64,000 nt of DNA. It comes from Perkinsus chesapeaki ATCC PRA-425. Its lineage: Eukaryota > Protista > Perkinsozoa. Every line of letters begins with the position of its first letter. Position 1 is the stretch's first letter. The stretch lies in NCBI GenBank assembly GCA_013115145.1, contig JAAPAO010000116.1:1-64000 (forward strand), written 5' to 3'. A program made the translations under genes and the position numbers. Below the pieces are notes generated by a model. It searched no databases. It saw only the letters and a list, made by a program, of their open reading frames with translations, and was not told the DNA's origin. Below, piece by piece: positions 1-10,500 of this stretch.

Positions 1-450
1 GTGTGCGTGCGGTACTCCCTTAATCTCTGGAGATTTCACAGCCGCTACATTCGCAAGCTCAATCCGCTTATCAATAATATTCGATTGGTTGGCGAGAAAT
101 TCGAATTTGAGAATTCCAAAAAACGGTTTCAATGGAAGAGGTCAGATTTTCCCTTGTAACAATTGTTGCAACTCCAAACCTCAGGGTCCGAATCTGCGAG
201 TCAAAACCTTCGTAGAGTTAGTGCTCTCTATTTGTACTCTTGTGACTAGCTTCCGAGTCGGGACCTCCTACTTCAGGACCATTGTTACCGCTTCCACTCG
301 ACTCTGCGCGGTTAATCGATTATTACGTAGCTAATTCTCCCCCATAGCTGAAGATCGAATAGAAGCCTTTGTTGATCCTCCCTTGCTTTGAGTTCATGCC
401 CATGAGTGAACCACCAGCAACAACCATGCCGAGTCCTTGACGCTCTTATC
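1..450 (-). pseudogene. Possible decayed non-LTR retrotransposon (LINE ORF2) fragment running off the left edge
   Basis: One minus-strand frame, interrupted by several stops, ends ...IIDKRIELANVAAVKSPEIKGVPHAH. This resembles the K(A/S)PGxDG(I/V)P motif that precedes LINE reverse transcriptase domains. The motif match is weak and the RT core would lie outside the window. Confidence 0.3.
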
Positions 451-581
451 GCTGTTGGCAGCAGCAAAAGTTTGACAACTCAATAAAGATTGTATAAAGT
501 GCAGAGTAATAATGTTCTAAAAGTTCTAATCCTAAAGCGGTGCCATATACAAACGTGCACAAATATCATGAGAGCAGAGTT

Positions 582-1001
582 TCAAGCAATGACGTCAAGT
601 TGCACGCTGTAGAGGACCAAATAGAGCAAATGGTAGTCATAGCAGTCAAATGTGTAGAAATATATAGGCGTATCTGCAGGCAGTCCGATGTGCTCAAGCA
701 GTTCATGTTGGCACTCCACGTCACCACACTCCTTTAATTCGTACATCTTCATAGAAGAGTCATATTTGAAGCTACAATGTTGGCAGGAGTAGGGTGCCCC
801 CCGAACCGTGAAGGTTAGTTTGGCTAGGATGCTGTTTTTCGTCGCTTCCGGCACTTCAATAAGGTATGTAATGTCACCCTTCTTTCCTTTATAAGCCCCA
901 ATTTGAATAGGGCATGCGGGGTCACAACCGAGCACATATAAAGTCATCAGCCATATACCGGTAATCCAGACGGTTAGTGTGAGAATAGCCTTAGCCTTCA
1001 T
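582..1001 (-). CDS. Hypothetical secreted or membrane-anchored Cys-containing protein (~139 aa, single exon)
   Basis: Stop-free ORF from ATG at 1001 (MKAKAILTLTVWITGIWLMTLYVLGCDPAC...) with an N-terminal hydrophobic segment and several Cys. No family recognised. Confidence 0.45.
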   Translation of the reverse strand: MKAKAILTLTVWITGIWLMTLYVLGCDPACPIQIGAYKGKKGDITYLIEVPEATKNSILAKLTFTVRGAPYSCQHCSFKYDSSMKMYELKECGDVECQHELLEHIGLPADTPIYFYTFDCYDYHLLYLVLYSVQLDVIA

Positions 1002-1328
1002 GTGGCGAACCTTCATCCGCAATCTCAAAGAGAGCCTCACGTCACAATGGGCCTCGCCTCTCGGCGTCACAGGATAGGTTCACACGCAGTGGAAATGATC
1101 GGCGATCTCAGGTTCGCACCCTAGAGCTTCGTTGACCATTCGCTCTTTACTGTGCAGGTAGGTCTGTTTCTGCGTCGCAACTAACTAGTTATGATAACAC
1201 CGACGCCCCCACTGCCTCGTTTACCCATCGTCTCAAAAGCTTGTTGATTCGTCGAGTGGTTAGCGTTAAACTCCGCGTAAGAATGGCGCGACGCAACTTT
1301 GTGTGAGTAGCCTTCTAATTTAGAAGTT

Positions 1329-1774
1329 CACTATTAGAAGTTCTAATAGTGTATGTGAAGCACGACGAAGCTTGTGCTACCATACCAGTCTGTAGTACAG
1401 ACTACCCAGCCATATGCTATGGCCAACTCTCAGCCTGAGAGACCCGGGGCGACCTTCTCCCCCTTCGCTATCATACGCTCTGATGGGTAAGAGGCGCTCG
1501 TCGAGTGCATGCGTCAGACTTATGTCACGGTGTACATGCGTACGATAATCGGGGGGCCGCTGAAGGCGGTTGAGACCTTGAGTGAAGGTCTAAGAGTTTC
1601 AAGCTCGTTACTGCAGAGAGTCTGAGTGTCTCCTTGATTTCGAGGGCCTCGATTCGAGGTGGATCGCCTTAGGCGATCCACCTCAGGTGAGTCAGCTTCC
1701 CAGCAGGGCCTTCGCGAAAATTGGGAGTCCCAATTTGGGACCCCTCCCGAATATAAAATCCTGTATCATACAGG
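1329..1774. repeat. Cluster of short perfect palindromes
   Basis: Arm length/centre length: 1329-1351 (11/1), 1387-1403 (8/1), 1409-1423 (6/3), 1427-1441 (7/1), 1640-1652 (6/1), 1656-1684 (14/1), 1727-1741 (7/1), 1760-1774 (7/1). Read directly from the sequence. Confidence 0.85.
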
Positions 1775-2182
1775 CTGTATGAACCCCTGGCGCCGATCGG
1801 GGCCTTTATTCGGGGAAGAAGTAGTTCTTTCGTCGCACGTGCATATCGCTAGAATTGGCCAACTCTCAGCACAGAGCCGACGCCAATGTTGCTCCTAGTC
1901 GATCTCATAGTAACCCAACACTATCTTCTTAAGTGATAATGACGATAACAAAGGAGAGATCAAGGGGAAAAGGATTTATCCTATTCTAACCAACTAATCT
2001 ATGTACTTGCGTGCCCTTTAGCTACAAATGGGAAGTACAAGTAAACAAGTTGGATTCCGCGCACAGCAACACCAAGGCGCAAGAAAGAAAATGAACAATT
2101 GAAATAATTGAGTTCAATAAGTGGGTCCAATCATCAGCTCGAGAGTGGACTCTCCGCTTGAAAGCGGGGCTACTGCTTTTGC

Positions 2183-3425
2183 TTAGGAACCTGCCGATTC
2201 TCCGGTATTATTTGTTTCCGAAGCCATTGCATAAAAAAGAGAAGACTTATCCCAAGGGAAGAGATCTTGCGTCGAGGCGCTGCCACCTTCCAGCATGATG
2301 CCGCGCAACTTGTACTGCCGCGCCAACGCTATCTTATCAACGAGACGGGTCTGGGAGAAGAAGTAATAGCCACCCTGTATAGTTTTGTCGAGTATAACTG
2401 ATCCATTGCCCTTGGGGTCAGCGCCGAGGTCATACACCATATGAGAAAATCCTTCGCTGGGAGGGTATTTCTTCCTTGAGGGTGTTGCTATAGCGCTAAG
2501 AGGCACCTAAAGGTCGGGCAGAAGATGGTCGTCCAGCACGATAACATAACGTAAACGTTACTTGTAAAATCAAGCCCTCGAGTTTTGCTCCCGCGGATGT
2601 AGCATTCTTGATCGCCTCTTTCGCATGGTCATCCGTGTTGAATACCGGGACTTGATCACAGCTGGGCCATAGCATTACGATACTGAGGTCCGCTATCCTA
2701 GCGAGACCGCTGGCGTCCAGCACTTGCCACTCGTTGCATAGGAAGCTGAAACAAAAAATGTCATTATACGATAGGTATATATTCGTTCAGCAGTTCTCTA
2801 GGACTCAGAGTCTCAGTGAAGACGCATTACTAATGACCCCGCGATTCCGACTAGATGCTCACCTCAATGCAGATGTTAAATTCCATTTCTTCAAAATCGT
2901 GAGGACCTCCTTCAAACCCGTCATATCAGTTCGACTCCACACGGGACCCAAGACAAAGCCACTCACAGGATACTTTTTGATAAAACTTTGAACACGTGTG
3001 GTAAAAATCTTCTCGTTGAAGTGTCTATTGTCGGCAATCTCTAAACTGGCTAGGATTGACCCACTTTCGCTTTTCACCTTGTTGGAAAAGTCCAAGAAAG
3101 CCGTCTCATTCCAGGGTGCCTCGAAACGAGGCACGATACTACTATCACTCAAATGATATCCACCAAGAATGAAGCGTTGGCCTCCCATAGACAATAGCCT
3201 GTCGAAATAGGAGTCCCAAGTAAAGTCGGGCTCCTCTGGACACAACGTTTTGTTGGAGCAGAAGGGCGACTCCTTAATATTCCAAGGGTTGTAAATACCT
3301 TTGTAGAATTCTAGACGGCTAGCCGCAGCCAGTGCACTGACGGAAAGGACGTACGCAGTTGTGAGCATGATCTGGAGCCTCGCCGGATGAAGTAGCATGC
3401 CCTTGGTGAAAGACGGGAACTTCAT
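2183..3425 (-). CDS. GH18 chitinase-like secreted protein, non-catalytic, copy 1 (3 exons)
   Basis: Exons in ORFs 2859-3425, 2496-2723 and 2183-2506 with GT-AG introns. Signal-like MLTTAYVLSVSALAAA; ILASLEIAD and FIKKYPVSGFVLGP align to the GH18 SxGG and DGxDxDxE strands; C-terminal LVDKIALARQYKLRGIMLEGG..QD resembles the GH18 beta-8 region. Confidence 0.65.
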
Positions 3426-4640
3426 CGATGAGCGTTACTAACTCTACAGCTGATATGCTAGTCGCCTCACGCATGGCGGCGCAATGGCGCACGACTTCAG
3501 CCAAGGAGCGGCAATCCCGCTCCTGAGCTTCTCCGAAGCATATGTTGTTTAGAAGAACCCTAGAGATGGCAACGCTCAATTTGATGGTTGCGGTTACGAG
3601 TTATATTTGGTAACGATCAATTGCGAACTTTGTTGTTTAGCACCTTGACTGAGCCAGAAGCGATTGAGTGTCAAAGTCGTTGAGCGTTCCCCACTGAGCG
3701 CATCGCCTGTGGCGCCTTACCTAGAAGCCGATGTCTCCCTCGGCTCCAGATACTCCTGGCCTTTTAGAGAGGCCTGGATGGTCTTCCACTCTCCTGCGAT
3801 CCGTCGATTTTTCACGAGGCATTCGCATCATGCTCTCATGTTTCTTAAGGCATCGTGTTCGATTTAACCAAACTCATTCGGCTATATCACTTCAGCTCCG
3901 GTTGCCATATTCTCTCCTTCCCGTGGCGAGGCTTCTCGGGTTCCAGCGGCGTACCGCTCCACGTGCAGTTCATTTCGGAAGTGAACTGTGTGGAAGAATC
4001 CGCCACAGACCACAACAGCGACCTCGTCACGGGAGGATGAGGTGGGTAAAGAGAAAAGTCTGACTTGCCGTCTTTGTTTGAAAGAACACGCAGTGTTGTG
4101 CAGTGCAACTGTAATGCGGAATGGGAACAGTGTTATGGGGACACAAGTTGTGTTTGCGGTTCGGGGGGCCGTGGCCGACAGTTTGAGTTAATAACTCAGA
4201 GTTATGATCGGAAGGCGTTGAGGAAATACGAGGTACCCATATTGAATCACTGTGAATGCCCTCAGGCTCCAGGCATCCTTTGCGCGATATGATGGTTAAG
4301 CCAGCTGCGTTGCCGTTCAAGTGGAAGACTTTTAACCAAACCCACAACCACCCGGAGGTCCCACCGAGTGTTAGATGATCGTGAGAGTCCAAGATAGGCT
4401 TGAGGCAATTTTAGCCCTCACAAGTTGACAGTTTATACAGACTAACACTCGATAGGAGCATGATCGGATTTGATCGCCAAGGGAGGGAGAATTGTCTTGA
4501 CAATTCATTTGGGAGGGACTGGGAAAAGAAGCGGCAACAGTTGTATTGACCCGCTGCAGTTCAGCGGCATGTGCACTTGTTGAAATGGGACTGGGATGCG
4601 TAAGTTTGTACTCCACGGAGGAGTACCAGATTGATGTACA

Positions 4641-4701
4641 GGTCTACATGAAAGTCGTATTATATGACAACTTCTCATACAATACGACGTTCATGTAGAC
4701 C
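4641..4701. repeat. Long imperfect hairpin (~27-bp stem, 7-nt loop)
   Basis: ggtctacatgaa-a-gtcgtatt-a-tatga-caacttc-tcata-c-aatacgac-g-ttcatgtagacc, followed by the palindrome tgccgta-t-tacggca (4718-4732). Confidence 0.85.
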
Positions 4702-5557
4702 GGCTTCACCATAGGGCTGCCGTATTACGGCACGAAACTGAGCGTATCGAAAGAGCACACCTGAATCTAAGATAATCCACATATGTCACGTTATACGGTC
4801 ATCGATTTGGATGTAGTATCCACAAGCGTCACATCTTGAAAACAAAAGCAGATTCAAACACCCCAAAAGTTCGTAAATTCGTCGTGTCGTAGGCTAGCGT
4901 TAAACTTAGCGTAGGAATGGTGATACGCCACTTTCTGCGGTTAGTCTCATAATAGTGTAGTCTCCATCGAAAACAGTCTCGTGAAGGATTAGAACTTAGT
5001 GGCAGAAAACATACAGTGGCTAGGACTCGACTATTAACACTGTGCCCCAGATATATTCGGCACAAGAACAACGTCTATAGCAACGATATGACTAAGCTCT
5101 GATGAGGCCGGCGATACAACAGTGTTTCTTCGCTTCAGCATTCGTATCCTAACGCTGAATCGCTAAATCGCCTAGCGCTAATATCGGGGGTAGCCGTAAG
5201 AGAACTGTAAAAATTTTACATTTAATGCTCAGGTCACTTGGTCAAGTGGTCAAAAGAGTGGTTCTCGATGTTCGAGAGTTCTAGTTGGCGACGACAACTT
5301 GGCGTCGAATCCCAATACCTGGGCACCTCAAAGTCAGCTGGTTTAAGAAAGGTCGATTGATAGAGCGATTAAACAAACGAAGGAGGGAATCCAACGATGG
5401 TAACCGAGTCAAAGAAACAACCTGGAGCCATGATGGCTAGAGTCCATCACTATCTCAATGACTCACAATCTCAAAACAATCGTTTAATGAGCCCTACTAA
5501 GCTTTTCTCATCAACAAATAGTCATAATAAGCCTCTCCAAGCGGCAGTCCTTCACAC

Positions 5558-5672
5558 GCATAGTGGGTCACACAGCACCACAAAGAGGGTCTGCCAACAC
5601 CAAGGTCATTTTTTTTCAGCCACTAACAGCCAAAGACACTGCGGGCGGCCTACGGCCGCCCATAGGTCATAG
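5558..5672 (+). repeat. Left terminal inverted repeat (115 bp) of the MULE
   Basis: gcatagtgggtcacacagcacc...gggcggcctacggccgcccataggtcatag is the reverse complement of 12798-12911. Confidence 0.93.
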
Positions 5673-5698
5673 GTCATAGGTCTTTTCGTGGGGACAGC

Positions 5699-7487
5699 GT
5701 GATTATCTTCGATGAAATATCCATGCTCCATGATACCATAATTGAGGCCATCGACAAAACTCTGAGGTTCATCCGAGGCCAAGATGAGCTGTTCGGTGGG
5801 TGTTGTACCATTTTTGGGGGGGACTGCTTACAGCTGAGAGGGCCTGAACCTGCGAAACACGGAGAATTCGCGGAGCGTACCGTACGGCCGGTGTGGGAGA
5901 GCTCATTATGGAGGGACATGAACTTACAAGTTTACTACCTAACTCGCTTCCATCGAGGTATTCTGGGAGGATCTACTGCTACTAGGCCAGGAAGACGTGG
6001 GAGGCGGAAGCCACTCTTCAGTGGTAACGGCGTAGACGAAGATTATTTGAACCTTCTGGCTGAGCTGAGGAGCTGGAGACCAGACTCCGACTGGAATATA
6101 TCCAAACGGTCCCAGGAACTAGTCCATCATCTTGTCGATAAGGAGGGTCCACATGAACCTTCATGGTGCGCCATTACACTCTTCCGGGACAACTGCCGGG
6201 CTATCAATGATGAGCACTTAATGATCAATCCCGGCGAACTCATTAAATTTCACGCAGATGTATTTGATGATACCACCGGTGATGAAGATCTTCACAAGCT
6301 TACCATCAAGAAGAGTATCGGACTGAAGATCGGTTGCAGGGTAATCTGCAATACTAACGTTGAGCCATACATCCTCAATGGGGATATGGGAAGAGTTTCG
6401 GGATTCGTCGGTCTCACAAGGGGGCAGAATGAAGTTCACATTAAGCTCAAGCAGAGCGACTCGTTGCAGAATGTTGCGGTGCGGGTGAGCCTGGATAGAA
6501 ACTGCGAGGAGGTAGACGTTTATCCCGTGACTCAAGAAGTGTTCTCATCTGAAGGCAAGCTTCTATATGCATTAAGAAATGTACCGCTCGACCTTGGTGC
6601 GGCTATTACCTGCCATAAACTTCAAGGATGCACTCTCGACTATGCCGTCGTAGACTTGTCGCTTCGTGGAGGCCCCAATGCACCTAAGGCAGCTCACGCT
6701 GAGATCGAGAGATTACTAAGTCAGCCGTGGCTCCATGGAGCTTTGTACACTATGTTGTCGAGAGTGGGATCCTCGAGTCGCATATTTACGAAGTTTGTGG
6801 GAGATCTGGCCTTCCACAAGAAGGTTTTCTTCTCTACATCAGCTCTGGCCTTCGAGGATTGGTGTAAGCGTTCCAACGTTCTAACGCGATCTGCGTTGCC
6901 TGGAACGCCTCCATACCGCCGTCCGGTAGCGCAAGAGGATGACGACGATAATATATCCGCAAGTGTAGATTCATGGCTCGACGGACAGCCCAACCGTTCA
7001 GAAAGTGCAGGTGACCATCGTGTGATAACTCCGGAAGAATTATCAAGTATCCTGAAAGAGAGGGATGATCGACTTATCGAGTCCTTTGGAGGCATGGTTG
7101 CTAATCTACTGGTTAATTTCTCGCGAACAGGACTGCTCGGTTCGGCAGGAACGTGCCCCGTACCCCAAGCTAGCTTGAGCAACGTCGACGTAGCGACCTG
7201 CCACAATGACTCATTTTTTCGGATGGCACAAACTAATCTACCTTCATTCCACAGCCTCATGATGAATAATCCTGTAGACTCAATCCCATCTATTGATCGA
7301 ATGAAAGCGAGGGCCATGGCGGATGACAATCAAGGCTATCAGGGTTCCGATGAGACGGTCGAGCGCAGTCAAGAGACCGTGCCTTGCGAAGCACGGAACA
7401 GGAGCAGTGGGAATGATAATGATGACCTTCACGATGACACAGTGGACCGGGAAATCGATGGCTTGGACCTAAATGAGGAGCCTGACA
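5699..7487 (+). CDS. Pif1-family SF1B DNA helicase, 5'-truncated (motifs II-VI), followed by an acidic linker; inside the MULE
   Basis: IIFDEISML (motif II), FGGCCTIFGGDCLQL (III), YLTRFHR (IV), KIGCRVICNTN..LNGDMGRV, PLDLGAAITCHKLQGCTLD (V), GALYTMLSRV (VI). No GxxGxGK(S/T) Walker A upstream within the element. The frame stays open to 7687. Confidence 0.88.
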
Positions 7488-7521
7488 GTAATAAAGTTCT
7501 TCCCCAAGCTCACTACAGGGT

Positions 7522-10500
7522 ATGTCAGGTACAGAGGCTGGGCAACCAGACAACGAAGAACGATTCGCCCAATCCCCGTCCTCCAACGAAGATGAACCGG
7601 GCAGCAGCATCTCCGAAAGCAGCGGCATCCAGAGTTCTGATACAGAGGGCGATGAGATCAATTCCACTAGCGATTCCGCGTCTATAATGAGCACCGGCGC
7701 TAATCACTCTTCGAGCACTCAACGCAGCAGAGCCCCTAAAGGTCCAGGGGGCAAGTGGATGGAAGAAGCATTCCATGCGGTCAATGGGCCAATCGAAGAG
7801 GTGATAAAAGAGTACTTGGCAGGCAGACCATTTTTGACCCAAGTCAAGAGTGTTCACGAGAATCGTAAGAGACGTGAATTACGCTGCCTCCGGCGGCTTC
7901 CACCCGGTGAACCAGTAACTGGAAACAATGCTAAGCCCTCGTGGAGATTGTGGCCGAGCGATGCCTGCCAATTCTCATGTATTTTGGTGGTGGAGAGTGG
8001 CCCTCCGGGAGAGTTGCTCTGCAGCTTTTACGGCGTATGCTCAGCTGGCTCGTCTATTGATGCCTGGAAAGCACACGATCATCCTTACGATAGTCACCTA
8101 TGCAGGTAAGAGCAGCTTTTGAAGAGTTGCTTGACCACTGAGAATCAAAACATTGCCTGTTAGTTTTGGTTTAGAATCTAAATTTTAGATCTGTTACTGT
8201 TCCGCCCCCTCTGGTCGATCTAGCGGCGAGAGCAATAAGTAAGGATCCAACGCTCACAGCAGGCGACATCAAAGAACTGTGGAATGCCAAGCGTGATCGA
8301 GGGCTTCTTGGTAGTCGCGAAAGAGCATGGCTGGATCTGAAGGAAGATATGCCAGGCTACCCTGATGTCAAAGGTAGATCTAGGTAGAATGAAGACTCAC
8401 TCACGAACTGTCTTTTCCTCTCGTTAAACGGACTCAACCTAAGAGTCTCAGCCTGAGACTCTCAGGTAATATCAGGAATGTTGTCACATCAATAACTCGC
8501 CGTCGATTATATGGGCTGAAACTTGAACCTTTCCTAGAGAAGGTACAACGTGACATTGGCGAGAATCTTGCAGATCTTAACGTAAGTATGGAACAATGAA
8601 GGGCTTCCCCTGGGGTCTACGGCGAGAGTAAAGCCTACTGAGTAGACTAATGACGAACTCTTATCTCTTTTATCTACGCATGTCCAACGCCCAGTAGGAT
8701 ACTAGCCGGTTTAAATTTTGAGCGAGCCTTTGTCAATTCAATAATAAACACGGTATAATCAGCTATATCGACGACAAACCTTCATCATAACCACTGTTGT
8801 AGTATAGAGTCATAAGTATTGAGCTAGTCTCGTTGAGCACGAGAATCTATGTTCAAATAGAAGCTCGTAAACTCGCAAAAATTTTAGCCAATGTTTCTAA
8901 ATTGAAGTCCAATTGAAATATCACTAGATTTATATTATACAATATATAAGAGCTATTACACTATCACTAAAAATATAAAAATATAAGAATTACTAATGTT
9001 TAATTAATAAAATATTACTATATATATAGTATACAATAGTATAGTTATAATGCTATATTATAATATAATATTATGCAACTTATATTGTTCCTATCACTAG
9101 TAGTGATTCACTACTAACACTAATATAATAAGAATGATGCAAATGAAGGTATATAAATCTATATTAATAGTAAATATCTAAGGGAAATTTTGTAAAGCCT
9201 TGATTTCGCCGAGATTGATTGCAAATTGATTGCGATTGAATGATAACCGATTCTTACCGATAACCGATATTCAACCGATAACCTATTTGGATCGTTGCTA
9301 GGCATTTTTTGACCAGACTGCATCATATCATTATATAAACATATTATTATATAGACTATATGACTATTTTTCATGTGTGTTAAAAAACATAGATTTCCTT
9401 TTCGCTTTGTGACAGGTATCAGACATCATCGATGCTATAAAGCGAACAGGCTCAGAGGACGCCAGTGGGGTGGATGAGCACCTGCGGGATAAATCTAATA
9501 TATGCTTGATGACTCCAAATCCCACCTTGAAAGTCGACGAAGAAGGGAATCTTCTAGAAATGGCGATAGGGTTTACTTCACCCCGAATGGTGCATAATTA
9601 TTTGACTAGTGATGAGCTTGCTGCCGATGTGACCTTTAATCTGATAGCTGCGGAATGCTCGGTTTTCACCATGACCTCTATTAATGCTGCTGGAGCAGCT
9701 CGCCCAATTCTAGTAGGGTTGGTGAGAAGTGAAAACAGGCGCAGCATAGAAGATCTCCTGAAGTCTTTCCACGAGCTTATCAAGGATGCTGGTATCCGAG
9801 AATTACCTCGGATCACCCGCACCATTCAAGATGGCTCCAAAGCTCTTCATGGTGCCTTATCTACCAGCTTCGAACAAGCATCCACAAGTTGCTGCTACTT
9901 TCACTTCATGCAAGCCGCCAAAAGAAAAAAACCACCGGGGATAAGGGCAGGCTTGTGGAGTGCGCTGAAGAGTGACCTGAGGACAATAAGTAAAGCCTCT
10001 AGTCAATCGGAATTCACCTCTCTCGTCGAGCTCCTCTTTCGTAAATGGAACGAGAAAGGCGAGACAAAAGCCATTGCTTTTCTCGAAGCTATGGCAAGCG
10101 GGGAATGGTTTGATGGTGGTAGCTTCCGTTCCCGGTGGGCCGCTTGTCACAATGATGGCGTGGGTGGGAGAACGAGTAACGGCATTGAAGTATTCCACAG
10201 ATTCCTCAAGAAGACACTTCTCCGCTCTCGGAGGATGCGAACCTTATTGCAGTTTGCTTACGCCTTAGCAGGGGATGAGTGGAGATCCGTCTCGGCATAC
10301 AATAAGCATCGAGTGGATGGCAGGATTGTTCACCAGTCAGATAGGGTATCGGCTCTGACCACTGTCTCGTTCTCGCCTCTGCCGAGGACTCTTCCCCCAT
10401 CAGTGCGTGGTCCTTGTCAGAGGGCCTCTTGCCGCAGAGATGTCTGTTGTAAAGCATCTCATTACTTTGGTGTTGGTCAACACGTGTACGTATTCCGCGG

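Noticed and set aside
3731-4616. Cys-rich spliced gene at 3.7-4.6 kb
   Set aside because: Exon-like pieces exist (QCNCNAEWEQCYGDTSCVCG; THNHP), but I could not join them into a stop-free model or assign a family.
5099-5130. Hammerhead ribozyme (CTGATGAG core)
   Set aside because: No properly placed GAAA after stem II and no convincing stems I/III.
5140-5557. Missing Pif1 N-terminus (LISGVA..GQKS..TWAP) in the left flank
   Set aside because: The Walker A-like match is poor, the frame has stops, and it lies outside the TIR/TSD boundary, so it cannot belong to the inserted element.
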